Assembly (NCBI GenBank): GCA_016927815.1
Contig: JAFGLY010000114.1
Coordinates: 20,329-84,328, forward strand
Length of the DNA: 64,000 nt
Direction: 5' to 3'
Source of the DNA: Deltaproteobacteria bacterium
GTDB taxonomy: Bacteria > Myxococcota_A > UBA796 > JAFGLY01
Shown: piece by piece, positions 9,823 to 19,172 of the stretch
Numbering within the stretch: position 1 is the first letter of the stretch
How the letters are laid out: every line of letters starts with the position of its first letter
Made by a program: the position numbers and the translations under genes
The notes under the pieces: model-generated
Told to the model about the DNA's origin: nothing
Database searches by the model: none
What the model saw: only the letters and a program-made list of their open reading frames with translations

Positions 9823-10302
9823 GTGAAGGAGGACCGGACCGGCATCGGAAGCGCACTCGACGTGCACACCGCGCCCCAGGGCCTGCTCACGCGGGCCCTG
9901 GCCCGGCACCGGCGCTCGCCGGCCGCCGGGCGGTGGACGTGGCTCCTCGCCGCCGCGACACTGGCGGTCGGCTTCGTGGTCGGCCGCTGGTCGGTCCCTC
10001 CGCCGGAGCCGACGGCCGTGGCGGAACGCGCTCCCGCGGCCGGGGTGGTCCCGGTCCGGCTGGTCTGCGTCCAGCAGGGTGCGACCCAAGCGGCGGTCGC
10101 AGGATCGTGGAACGACTGGAACCCCGGCGCCACCCCCATGGTCCGGGTCGCCGACGACGTCTTCGCCACGACCGTGCTCCTGGAGCGCGGTCGCCACGAG
10201 TACATGTTCGTGGTGGACGGCCACACCTGGACCCCCGACCTCGCGGCCGCCACCTGGGTCGACGACGGGTTCGGCCACCGTAACGCCGTGATCGAGCTGT
10301 GA
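9823..10302 (+). CDS. Single-pass membrane protein with glycogen-binding CBM48/AMPK-beta-like domain (candidate anti-sigma factor)
   Basis: GGAGG RBS and GTG start; one TM helix; AVAGSWNDW...GRHEYMFVVDG..WTPD...DDGFGHRNAVI. Confidence 0.82.
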   Translation: MKEDRTGIGSALDVHTAPQGLLTRALARHRRSPAAGRWTWLLAAATLAVGFVVGRWSVPPPEPTAVAERAPAAGVVPVRLVCVQQGATQAAVAGSWNDWNPGATPMVRVADDVFATTVLLERGRHEYMFVVDGHTWTPDLAAATWVDDGFGHRNAVIEL

Positions 10303-10315
10303 TGCGGACGGCGCG

Positions 10316-11404
10316 GTGATCGCCCTCCTGCTGGCCGCGGCCGCCTGGCCTGCCGCGCTCGACGCGGGCGGCGGCCACCTCGCGCTCCTGGGCGGCGTGG
10401 ACGCCTGGAGCGGGACCGCCGGTCCTGTTGTCGAGGCCCGGATGGGCGGATGGGCGGCCGCCGGGCTCGCAGGATCCGTGCTCTCGGCAGGCCTGTGGGG
10501 CTCGGTGGAGGCGCTGCCGGGCCGGGAGCTCGCCTGGCTGGATGCCTGGACGGGCGAGGTCCGGGTGCGGGGATCCAGAGGGCTCGAGCCCGGCGTGGGC
10601 CTGCTCGCACGAGGCGGCCTGCTCATGGACCCTGCCTGGGGCGAGGGGGCCCTGGTCGCCTCGGCGCGGGTCGGGCACGGGGCCGCGTGGATCGAGGGAG
10701 CGCTCGGCCCCCTCGTGCGCGGCGAGGCCGAGGTCACCACCGCGGGCGGCCTGGGGAGCCTGGCGGCCGTCGCGTCGGCAGGGCGGCTGCGGGTGACCGC
10801 CCTGGGCACCGCCCGTGCGTTCGCCGACCCGGGGTTCCCCCCCTGGTCTCTGGAGGCCGACCTCCAGGTCGCGGCCGGGAGCCGCGCCCTCGCGTGGGGG
10901 ACGGCCGGCGTCGCACAAAGCGCCAAGGCCGAGGTCCTCGACCCCGTGGCGGGCCTCCCGGCACCGGACACCACCGTGCTCCGGGCCGGGCTCGGTGGCA
11001 CGGTCCCGCTTGGGCGCGCCCTGTCGCTCTCCCTCGAGGCGGGGATCGAGACCGGCCTGGGCGACGCCCCCTACCTCAGGGAACGCGCCCTTATGGGGCT
11101 CGCGGGCCGGTTCGGCGGCGCACGTGCCCACCGGGAGGCTGCCCAGCCGTCCACAGGCGTGCGGTTCACGCTCGACGCGCCGCGGGCGCACGCCGTCGCG
11201 GTGGCGGGCACCTTCTCCGGCTGGGCGCCCCTGCCCCTGGCGCGCGGCCCGGACGGCACCTGGGTGCTCGTCGTCCCCCTGCCGCCCGGCGAGTACGAGT
11301 ACTGCTGGCTCGTGGACGGCAAGGCCCGTAGCCCCGTGGAGGCCGCCCGTCGCCGTCCCGACGGGTTCGGCGGCGAGAACGGGATCGTGGTCGTCGTGCC
11401 CTAG
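10316..11404 (+). CDS. Secreted, probable outer-membrane beta-rich protein with C-terminal CBM48/AMPK-beta-like domain
   Basis: Signal peptide; Gly/Ala-rich alternating strands; C-terminal VAVAGTFSGW...LPPGEYEYCWLVDG...DGFGGENGIV. Confidence 0.78.
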   Translation: MIALLLAAAAWPAALDAGGGHLALLGGVDAWSGTAGPVVEARMGGWAAAGLAGSVLSAGLWGSVEALPGRELAWLDAWTGEVRVRGSRGLEPGVGLLARGGLLMDPAWGEGALVASARVGHGAAWIEGALGPLVRGEAEVTTAGGLGSLAAVASAGRLRVTALGTARAFADPGFPPWSLEADLQVAAGSRALAWGTAGVAQSAKAEVLDPVAGLPAPDTTVLRAGLGGTVPLGRALSLSLEAGIETGLGDAPYLRERALMGLAGRFGGARAHREAAQPSTGVRFTLDAPRAHAVAVAGTFSGWAPLPLARGPDGTWVLVVPLPPGEYEYCWLVDGKARSPVEAARRRPDGFGGENGIVVVVP

Positions 11405-11580
11405 GGCGCTCGGGGGGGCTCGTGTTCGGGGTGGGGTGGCGTTCCGGCCCCGAGCACCGGAATCGGCGCTGCCTGGACCTGGGGATCCGGAACAACGCCG
11501 TTGCCAGCGGGCGGAAACGTGCACACACTACGGGTAGAGCGCAACCCCGGGCATTCCCACGGGACCTCTCGAGGCTCCCC

Positions 11581-14500
11581 ATGCTCCTGTCGCTCTTTTT
11601 CCTCCTTCTCGGCATGATCCCGCTCCCGCATGCTCCCATCCGGAGCGGACCGCCTGCCGCTCACCTCGACCGCAGGCCCGCGGTGCAGTGGGCGCTCTCC
11701 ACCCGCCCGGCGTGGCAGGACTTCCAGGACGCCTGGGGCGGCGCCTGGGGCGTTCGCTGGGACGAGCGCAACGGAACCCCCCGCTTCCTGTACGTGCCGG
11801 GCGTGCCCCTCTCCCAGGCCGACGCGCTCCTCGAGGACGTGGCCCGGCTCGCGGGCACGGACCCCGCCGGGTTCGAACTGGCCTCGGAGGTCCGGCGAGG
11901 CCAGCAGGTGCTCCGGCGCTGGACGCGCACCTGGCAGGGGGCCGAGGTGGTGGGCGACCAGGTGCTCATGGTGGCCAAGGAGGGGCGGATCGGCGGCGTG
12001 TGGGTGCAGGTCACGCCCATCGCGCCCTGCGACCCGATCCGCCCCGGCGAGGTGGTGCTGCCCGTACCACGCTTTCCCGCGGGGAGAGAGTGGATCGCCC
12101 CGTCCAACGGGGTCCGGGGCGTTCCGGGCTGGGTGGAGCGCGACGGGACCACGGTCACGTGGCGCGATCGCGAGGGACAGGCCCTGCTCTGCTACGACGA
12201 GCGGATGACCGGTGCGATCACGGTCACGCACGAGGTGCGCACCCAGGGTGGCGCGATCGTGGAGGATCCGGCCCGCGAGGTCACCGTAGTCGACACCCTC
12301 GGCACCTCCGACATCACGGACGTCGACGGGCACCACGACCTCGAGGGCGGCGTCACCGTGACCCTCGAGGGCCCGAGCCTGTGGGTGCTGCAGGACGGGT
12401 CCGGGGTCCGGGTGAGCGGGAGCGCGGATCTCGTGCTCGACGCCGGCACGGACCTCTCCTACGCCGCAGCCGACGTGCTCCACAACTTCCACGTGGTCTG
12501 GGACTGGCTCGCGGATCGCTGGCCCACCCATGCGTGGCTCGACGACCAGGTCCCGGCCAACGTGGGCTTCGGTTGCGGCCACTGCAACGCCTGGTACACC
12601 TCGGGCACCCTGACCTTCCTCCCGCCCCACCCCGATGCCTGCAACGACTTCGGACGGATCGCCGACGTGCTCTACCACGAGGTGGGGCACGGCATCCACG
12701 AGTACATCCTGGCTGGAGGCACGCGGGCGGGCGACGTCTCGGAGGGGGCCGCCGACTTCGTGTCCTGCACGATCAACGACGACCCCCAGGTGGCGCCCAA
12801 CGCCTACGTCGACGGGGGCTACCTGCGGGAGATCGCCAGCGACCGGGTCTACCCCGACGACGTGACCGGCGAGCCCCACAACGACGGCCTCATCTTCAGT
12901 TCCTTCCTCTGGGATCTCCGGGAGGCCTGGATCGATGCCTACGGGGTGGACGGGGGTGTCGAGCGGGCCGACGTCCTCTTCCTGGGGACCTTGGAGCAGG
13001 GCCCCACCCTGACCGACGTCGCCGAGGCCGTGCTGGTGGCGGACGACGACAACGGGGACCTGTCCGACGGTACGCCCCACGCCTGCGCCCTCTTGGACCT
13101 GCTCGACGCGCACGGGCTGGGGCCGGGGCCCCTCGGCCTCCTGGTGTTCGACCACGATCCGCTGGAGGATCAGCCATCGGACGCGCTCCACTACGAGGTC
13201 CGATTCTCGCTCACCGACGTCAGCGGCGACTGCGAGGGACGCGGTCCGCCCGGGGTCCGGCTCTGGTACACCCTCTCGGACGCCGAGGTGCCCGACGTGG
13301 ACGGTGGCAAGGGCTCCGACGCCTGGGAGGAGGTCTCCCTCCTGGAGGAGAAGGAGGGTGGCTGGATCGGCGTCATCCCGAGACAGCCCGCCAATACGCG
13401 GGTCCGGTACACCATGGAGGCCGTCTCCACGGACGGATCGCAGGCGATCGCCACCCACGAGGGACGCGACGAGGGGGCCTGGACCTTCTGGGTGGGCGAC
13501 CAGGAGCGGCTGTGGTGCGAGGGGTTCGAGGCGGGCGCCCCGGGCTTCTCCCACGGCCCGGGAACCCCTGCACGCCCGGACACCGCCGGGACCTGTACGG
13601 ACGAGTGGTCCTACGGCACGCCCGACGGCGCGGGGCCGTTCGACCCGGACCGTCCGTGGGAGGGCGCCACGGTCGCGGCTACGTCCCTGAACGCCAACTA
13701 CAGCGCCCTCAACCGCCAGTACCTGAAGTCGCCCACCCTGGACCTCACGGGTGCGGGGCCCATGCTGCTGCTGTCCTTCCGGCGGTGGCTCACCGTGGAG
13801 GACGCTCTCTACGATCACGCCTACCTCTGGGCCGGCGACACCCTGCTCTACGAGAACCCCTCCTCGGCCGACGGCAGCCAGCACGTGCTCGACATGGGCT
13901 GGACGCTCCGGGACGTCCCCATCGAGGGCGCACTCGACAGCGAGGGCCGCATCGCCTTCGCGTGGACCCTCCTCTCGGACTCGGGCCTGGAGTTCGGAGG
14001 GTGGGCGCTCGACGACGTCTGCGTGGTGGCCCTCGCCGACGTGCCGGGCCACTACCGGGTACGCGACCTCGTGGCCACCGATGAGGCCGAGGTGGTCTCG
14101 ATCACCTGGACCCAGCCCTGGGTGGCCCCGCTCTCCCGCACCCTCCTCTTGCGCAAGCAGGCGGGCTGGCCCGAGGGCCCGGGGGACGGCGAGGTGCTCG
14201 ATGACGACACCGCGCCCCTGTTCGGCGCGTCCCGGCGGGTGTCGGACCCGGACGTGGCGCCCGGGGAGCGCTGGTACTACGCGGTGTTCACCGCCGACGG
14301 CGACGGCACGTTCCACCTCGCCGTGGTGGAGGGCGAGAACGCGGACGAGGGCGGGCGTCCTTCGCCGGAGGGGGACACCTCGGAGGGAATCCCCGACACC
14401 GGGACCCCGACGACCGACGACACGGGTGCGCCTCGGACCGACGACACCGCCGGAGCGGATCCCCCGAACTGGAGCGGCACCCCGGGACCCCATCCGGTCG

Positions 14501-14700
14501 GCGACACGGGTGCGCCTCGGGCCGACGACACCGCCGAGCCCGAGGACCGAGGTCCCGGGTGTGGGTGCGGGTCCGGACCCACGCGTGGGGGATGGACCGC
14601 CTTGCTCCTGGCGCTGGTCCTGCTGGGGCGGCGCCGGAGCGCTGGGGAGAACCCGCGGGCCCCCGACCCGACGGTCTTCGTCCGCGATGTGGGCGCATAG
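11581..14700 (+). CDS. Large secreted zinc metalloprotease (M4/M36-like) with beta-sandwich domains and MYXO-CTERM-like tail
   Basis: Signal peptide MLLSLFFLLLG; CNAWY, YHEVGHG (HExxH), SEGAADF, EPHNDG; tail GCGCGSG-hydrophobic-RRRS. Confidence 0.85.
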   Translation: MLLSLFFLLLGMIPLPHAPIRSGPPAAHLDRRPAVQWALSTRPAWQDFQDAWGGAWGVRWDERNGTPRFLYVPGVPLSQADALLEDVARLAGTDPAGFELASEVRRGQQVLRRWTRTWQGAEVVGDQVLMVAKEGRIGGVWVQVTPIAPCDPIRPGEVVLPVPRFPAGREWIAPSNGVRGVPGWVERDGTTVTWRDREGQALLCYDERMTGAITVTHEVRTQGGAIVEDPAREVTVVDTLGTSDITDVDGHHDLEGGVTVTLEGPSLWVLQDGSGVRVSGSADLVLDAGTDLSYAAADVLHNFHVVWDWLADRWPTHAWLDDQVPANVGFGCGHCNAWYTSGTLTFLPPHPDACNDFGRIADVLYHEVGHGIHEYILAGGTRAGDVSEGAADFVSCTINDDPQVAPNAYVDGGYLREIASDRVYPDDVTGEPHNDGLIFSSFLWDLREAWIDAYGVDGGVERADVLFLGTLEQGPTLTDVAEAVLVADDDNGDLSDGTPHACALLDLLDAHGLGPGPLGLLVFDHDPLEDQPSDALHYEVRFSLTDVSGDCEGRGPPGVRLWYTLSDAEVPDVDGGKGSDAWEEVSLLEEKEGGWIGVIPRQPANTRVRYTMEAVSTDGSQAIATHEGRDEGAWTFWVGDQERLWCEGFEAGAPGFSHGPGTPARPDTAGTCTDEWSYGTPDGAGPFDPDRPWEGATVAATSLNANYSALNRQYLKSPTLDLTGAGPMLLLSFRRWLTVEDALYDHAYLWAGDTLLYENPSSADGSQHVLDMGWTLRDVPIEGALDSEGRIAFAWTLLSDSGLEFGGWALDDVCVVALADVPGHYRVRDLVATDEAEVVSITWTQPWVAPLSRTLLLRKQAGWPEGPGDGEVLDDDTAPLFGASRRVSDPDVAPGERWYYAVFTADGDGTFHLAVVEGENADEGGRPSPEGDTSEGIPDTGTPTTDDTGAPRTDDTAGADPPNWSGTPGPHPVGDTGAPRADDTAEPEDRGPGCGCGSGPTRGGWTALLLALVLLGRRRSAGENPRAPDPTVFVRDVGA
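14418..14536 (+). repeat. 35-bp direct repeat (14418-14452 and 14502-14536, one mismatch) encoding DTGAPR(T/A)DDTA
   Basis: CGACACGGGTGCGCCTCGG(A/G)CCGACGACACCGCCG occurs twice in the acidic linker. Confidence 0.85.
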
Positions 14701-14796
14701 GCGGGTGTTCTCACCCCGAGCGCGATCCTGCTCCCGGCGTGGTCCGGCGGTTCCCGTCGGGCTACGCCCACCGGGAATGCGTCGGAGGAACCCGCC

Positions 14797-16341
14797 TTGG
14801 CCGACGACGAACCGTCCGGGGACGGACCCGAGCCGCGGGCACGGGAGGCCCTCCCGGCGGTCGAGCTCCGGTTCGAACGAGGCCGGAGGGCGGTGGGGCT
14901 TCTCGTGGGTCCCGGGCTCTTCGTCCTCCTCCTGGTCCTGCCCGTGGCCGGCCTGTCTGCGCCGGCGGCCCGCCTGGCGGCCGTGCTGGCCCTGGTCCTC
15001 ACCTGGTGGATCACCGAGGCGATCCCCATCCCGGTGACCGCGGTATTGGGCGCCGCCCTGTCCGTCGTCTGCGGCGTCGGTACGGCCAGGGAGATGTTCG
15101 CGCCCTTCGGGGATCCGATCGTCTTCCTGTTCCTCGGGAGCTTCCTCCTCGCCGGGGCCATGGCCGAGACGGGCCTGGACCGGCGTTTCGTGCTCTCCCT
15201 CCTCGCCGTCCCCCGGGCCGGGGCTTCTCCCTTCCGCATCCTGGCGCTCATCGGGCTGGGCGTCGCCGGCCTCTCCCTCTGGCTGTCCAACACGGCCACC
15301 GCCGCCATGGTCCTGCCCGTGGCCGTGGGGACGCTCTCCGTCCTCTCGCCCTGGCTCGGGCAGGAGCCGGGACGCTCCCGGTACGCCGCCAGCCTCATGC
15401 TGGTGGTGGCCTACAGCGCATCCATCGGGGGCGTCGCCACGCCCGTGGGCTCGCCGCCGAACCTCATCGTGCTCGGGCAGCTCCGGACCCTCGGAGGCGT
15501 GTCGCTGTCCTTCCTCCAGTGGATGGCGCTGGGGCTGCCGGTGGCCGCGGTCCTTCTGGCCGTGCTGCTGCTGTCGTCCCGCCGGAGTTCCCGAACCGTC
15601 GCGGTGGACGGCACGGGATTCCGGGACTTCGTGGCGTCCGAGAGGGCTCGGCTCGGACCCTGGACCCGCGAGGAGGTCCACACCCTCGTGGCGTTCTCCA
15701 TCGCTGTGGTCCTGTGGGTGCTGCCCGGGGTGCTCACGCTGGCTCTCGGCGCGACCCATCCGGTCGTCGGCGCGCTGCAGGCGCACGTGCCCGAAGCCGT
15801 GGTGGCGATGCTCGCCGCCTCCCTCCTCTTCCTGCCGATCCGGGGCGATGTCGGCCGCCGTTCCACCGCCACCTGGTCGCTGGCGGCCCGGGTGGACTGG
15901 GGCACCCTGCTCCTGTTCGGGGGGGGCCTGTCGCTTGGCGCCGCCCTGTTCCGGACGGGTCTGGCCACGGCGGTGGGGGACGCGCTGGTGGCCTGGACCG
16001 GCGCCGGTTCCCTCGTTGCCATCACCTTCCTCTTCGCCGTCCTCTCCATCCTCCTCACGGAGGCGATCTCCAACACGGCAGCGGCCACCATGGTCTGCCC
16101 CCTGGCCATCGCGGCGGCACAGTCGGCGGGGGTCTCCCCCGTGGCCCCGGCCGTGACAGTGGCCCTCCAGTGCAGCATGGCCTTCATGCTCCCGGTGTCC
16201 ACGCCACCCAACGCCATCGTCTACGGCACGGGCCGGGTGACGATCCTCCAGATGATCCGGAAAGGGGTCACCCTCGACCTGGCCGCCCTGGCGGTGATCC
16301 CCCCGCTGGTCCTCGGCCTCTGCCACGGCATGGGACTGTAA
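14797..16341 (+). CDS. SLC13/DASS family sodium:dicarboxylate or sulfate symporter
   Basis: Motifs WWITEAIPIPVTA, LSNTATA, GGVATPVGSPPN, WGTLLLFGGGLSLG, SNTAAA, FMLPVSTPPNAI. Confidence 0.92.
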   Translation: MADDEPSGDGPEPRAREALPAVELRFERGRRAVGLLVGPGLFVLLLVLPVAGLSAPAARLAAVLALVLTWWITEAIPIPVTAVLGAALSVVCGVGTAREMFAPFGDPIVFLFLGSFLLAGAMAETGLDRRFVLSLLAVPRAGASPFRILALIGLGVAGLSLWLSNTATAAMVLPVAVGTLSVLSPWLGQEPGRSRYAASLMLVVAYSASIGGVATPVGSPPNLIVLGQLRTLGGVSLSFLQWMALGLPVAAVLLAVLLLSSRRSSRTVAVDGTGFRDFVASERARLGPWTREEVHTLVAFSIAVVLWVLPGVLTLALGATHPVVGALQAHVPEAVVAMLAASLLFLPIRGDVGRRSTATWSLAARVDWGTLLLFGGGLSLGAALFRTGLATAVGDALVAWTGAGSLVAITFLFAVLSILLTEAISNTAAATMVCPLAIAAAQSAGVSPVAPAVTVALQCSMAFMLPVSTPPNAIVYGTGRVTILQMIRKGVTLDLAALAVIPPLVLGLCHGMGL

Positions 16342-17365
16342 TCGAACGCCGCCGGCCCAGCGCCGCGAGACCGGCCAGGAGCCCCGCGACGAGTCGGGCG
16401 ACCGACCCGCCCGTGGCGCACCCGCTGCACCCCGACCGGCAGTCCACGAGGGGATCCCAGGGATCGTCGACCATGGGCTGGAAGGCGGTGCACGTCACGG
16501 ACCACAGGTGCGGGTCCGTGCCCTCGGAGACCAGCAGCAGGGTCCGACCGTCGGGCGTGAACGCGACCGCTTCGCCCTGCCCGGCGGGCGGGACCGGGAG
16601 CACGTCGGGCTCGCGCTGGAACGCGGCTGCGCCCGTGCCCCGGAACAGCAGGAGATCCTCGTCGGTACGAAGCACGGTGCGGAGCCCGGCCGGGGACACG
16701 GCCCCTCCGCTGGCCTTCGGGGCGCTGGCCCCGAGGGACTCCAGGTCCACGGCGTCGAGCAGCTCCAGCACCAGCGGATCGTCCTCCGAAGCCGAGGCCG
16801 GAGGGGTTCCGGGGAACGCGAAGACCCGGGCCGGTGCCTCCTTGGTGACCAGCAGCACGGCCCCGGTGTCCGGATCCACGAGCAGGGTCTCGGCATCGTG
16901 GGGGCCGTCCGGGTAGACGAAGTGGACGGCGTCCAGGGGGCCGACCTGCGTGCGGCCGCCCGGGTCGAGCGGTTCGGGTTCTGGGACCCGCCAGACCACC
17001 CCGCCGTCTCGCTCGAGGTCGTTGTCTCCGATGTCCGCGACGTGCAGACAGGTGCAGACGGGCTCGCCGTCGGGGCAGGGCCCCACCGCGAGATCCTCCC
17101 AGTCCACGTTGCGCACACCGGCCAGGGTGAACGTCCCCCGGTCGCCCCCGTCGGTGTCGGCAGCGTACAGCACGGGGCCTTCTTGGTGGTCCTCGTGGAA
17201 CCAGACCCCCCCGGGATGTGCGTGGCTCGCAGCCAGGCCCGAGATCTCGGCGAGATCCCCGACCTCGATGCGTGCGCCCTCCACGGCGGGCAGCCAGGCC
17301 GTGCAGATGCCGTCCTCCCGGGCCAGGGCCGGAGCCAGGATCAGGGCGAGCGCGCAGGCGTGCAT
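16268..17365 (-). CDS. Secreted beta-propeller-like protein with MYXO-CTERM-like tail
   Basis: Signal peptide; EISGLAAS, NVDWEDLA, ADIGDN, YPDGPHDAETL, QGEAVAF; tail GCSGCATG-hydrophobic-RRRS. Confidence 0.78.
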   Translation of the reverse strand: MHACALALILAPALAREDGICTAWLPAVEGARIEVGDLAEISGLAASHAHPGGVWFHEDHQEGPVLYAADTDGGDRGTFTLAGVRNVDWEDLAVGPCPDGEPVCTCLHVADIGDNDLERDGGVVWRVPEPEPLDPGGRTQVGPLDAVHFVYPDGPHDAETLLVDPDTGAVLLVTKEAPARVFAFPGTPPASASEDDPLVLELLDAVDLESLGASAPKASGGAVSPAGLRTVLRTDEDLLLFRGTGAAAFQREPDVLPVPPAGQGEAVAFTPDGRTLLLVSEGTDPHLWSVTCTAFQPMVDDPWDPLVDCRSGCSGCATGGSVARLVAGLLAGLAALGRRRSITVPCRGRGRGPAGGSPPGRPGRG

Positions 17366-17404
17366 GTGTCCCAGGTAGCGCGGCCCTCCGGTCTCGTCGG
17401 CACC

Positions 17405-17716
17405 TCAGCAGCCGTGGGCCGCCGCCTCGGCGAACGAGACCATGAGGTAGTCCCGCTCGGTGTCGTGCCAGCGGCCGGTGCGGGGATCGAACGTGTAGGG
17501 GCACACCTCGCTGCGGACGGGCGTGTCCGCCCGGATGGACGGCCTGCCCTGGCCGGCCAGGAGGCCCCCCAGGTCGGAGCCCACGGCGCTCACCCCCTCG
17601 CGGAAGGCTGGGAGGAAGACCCAGGCCGTCCCCACGAGGCCGACCACGAGCACGCCCAGGACGAGCACGTACTCGGTGACGGCCACGCCCCGGCGGTTCG
17701 GGCCCACACGGCGCAT
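17405..17716 (-). CDS. Flp/type IVb pilin-like protein with C-terminal extension (103 aa)
   Basis: MRRVGPNRRG|VAVTEYVLVLGVLVVG has the Gly cleavage site and E+5/Y+6. GGAGGT RBS at 17721-17726. Confidence 0.75.
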   Translation of the reverse strand: MRRVGPNRRGVAVTEYVLVLGVLVVGLVGTAWVFLPAFREGVSAVGSDLGGLLAGQGRPSIRADTPVRSEVCPYTFDPRTGRWHDTERDYLMVSFAEAAAHGC

Positions 17717-17738
17717 GCAGACCTCCAGGCAACGAGGC

Positions 17739-17754
17739 TGCAAGGGACATGCCA
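17739..17754 (-). promoter_or_regulatory. Sigma54 (-24/-12) promoter of the Flp-like pilin gene
   Basis: Minus strand reads TGGCAT-GTCCC-TTGCA, matching TGGCAC-N5-TTGCW, 22 nt upstream of the ATG. Confidence 0.75.
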
Positions 17755-17883
17755 CGCCCCCGCGTGCCGTCGGAACCGCGGCTCGGGCCTCTCGGGGCGC
17801 ACAAGGGTCCACCGGTGTCGCACCCTGGAGCCTCCTGCTGCGGCTTCGATGCCCCACCCAACGCCCTGTCCGGGGCGCACGGA

Positions 17884-18546
17884 TCAGCGCGCGGCGTTGG
17901 AGGTGCCGGGTGTGCTCGTCTCGTCCGGGATCCAGGTGGCGCCGCCGTCCGGGGATCGGGCCAGGGAGACGTCCGTGGCCTGCTCGGTGTAGCGGAGAGC
18001 GTCGAGGGCGGTGCCGTCGGGCCGGTAGACGGCCAGGACCTCCCCGGATCGGGCCAGCTTGAAGGGGAGGTGACGGATCCCCTCCTCCGGATCGGAGTCC
18101 GCGACGAGGACGAGCCATCCGGCGGCGGGCAGGACGAGGCCTGCGGGCAACTCGGCCTTGGTGGGATCCCCGAAATCGTCGGTGATGGTGTACCCGCCGA
18201 GCGTGAGGTCGCCAGAGGTGAGATTGAAGAGCTCGATCCAGTCGGGGAACGTGCCCGGGACGTCGCCGTCCTCCCAGGCCGAGGCGTTGGACGCCATGAA
18301 CTCGTTCAGGAGGAGTTCGGGATCGTCGGCCAGTACCGGGAAGGGGTCGCCGGTGTCGTCGCCGCCCGAGGTGTCGCCCCCCTCGCACACGGCGTACCCG
18401 GAGCAGCCCAGGTCATCGCAGTCCACGCGGCCGTCTTGGTCGTTGTCCACGCCGTCGGCACACTCCTCGGCCGATTGGCCCTCGCCCCCCGAGGGACCGC
18501 ACGCCATCGGAAGGAGCAGAAGGAAGATGGACAGGGGGGGATGCAT
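17884..18546 (-). CDS. Lamin-tail-domain lipoprotein
   Basis: Lipobox PMAC; ECADGVDNDQDGRVDCDD repeat; LLNEFMASN, DWIELFN, FKLARSGE, TPGTSN. Confidence 0.85.
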   Translation of the reverse strand: MHPPLSIFLLLLPMACGPSGGEGQSAEECADGVDNDQDGRVDCDDLGCSGYAVCEGGDTSGGDDTGDPFPVLADDPELLLNEFMASNASAWEDGDVPGTFPDWIELFNLTSGDLTLGGYTITDDFGDPTKAELPAGLVLPAAGWLVLVADSDPEEGIRHLPFKLARSGEVLAVYRPDGTALDALRYTEQATDVSLARSPDGGATWIPDETSTPGTSNAAR

Positions 18547-18692
18547 GGGCGTCTCTTGCGCGGATCGCCCACTCCTAACCCGCCCTCGGCTGCCTGTTGC
18601 CCGGATGCTTCCTTCAACGGATAGAACGGGAGCCAGAGGTGGAGTCCCTCGACTATATTGCCCCTCGCCCCTTCCGCCCCGGCTGCCGGCCC

Positions 18693-19172
18693 ATGCTCTC
18701 CTGCCTCCCGATCCTCCTGGGCGCGTGCGCGACGCCCACCTTGCTGATCAACGAGTTCATGGCCGACAACGTCTCCACGGTGGCGAACACGCGGGGCGAG
18801 TACGCCGACTGGATCGAGTTCTGCAACCCGGGCGCCGAGCCCGTCTCCCTCGGGGGCCATTTCCTCTCCGACAGCCTCGAGGACCCCCTGCGCTTCGCCC
18901 TGCCCGCATCCTGGCAGGTACCGGCCGAGGGCCACCTCCTCCTGTGGGCGGTCGGTGCGGCCGATGAGGAGGCCTTCTCGGTCCCGTTCCGGATCTCCGC
19001 GAGCGGCGAGTCCCTCCTCCTCGCCGCCGAGGCTGAGGACGGGGGCGTGGAGATCCTGGACCAGGTCCGCTTCGGTGCCCAGGATCCGGACACCAGCGTC
19101 GCCCGCTCCCCGGACTGCCAGCCGACCTGGATCCGCTCCGAGTCCCCGAGCCCGGGGCTGCCCAATCCATGA
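18693..19172 (+). CDS. Lamin-tail-domain lipoprotein
   Basis: Start re-called at MLSCLPILLGAC; LLINEFMADN, DWIEFCN, FRISASGE, SPGLPN. Confidence 0.82.
   Translation: MLSCLPILLGACATPTLLINEFMADNVSTVANTRGEYADWIEFCNPGAEPVSLGGHFLSDSLEDPLRFALPASWQVPAEGHLLLWAVGAADEEAFSVPFRISASGESLLLAAEAEDGGVEILDQVRFGAQDPDTSVARSPDCQPTWIRSESPSPGLPNP

Noticed and set aside
11401-16326. 1641-aa minus-strand ORF and many other long overlapping ORFs (for example 24640..27681, 34746..38318, 41359..43488)
   Set aside because: These are antisense or alternate-frame shadows of well-supported genes. High GC makes stop codons rare, and the translations lack recognisable motifs.
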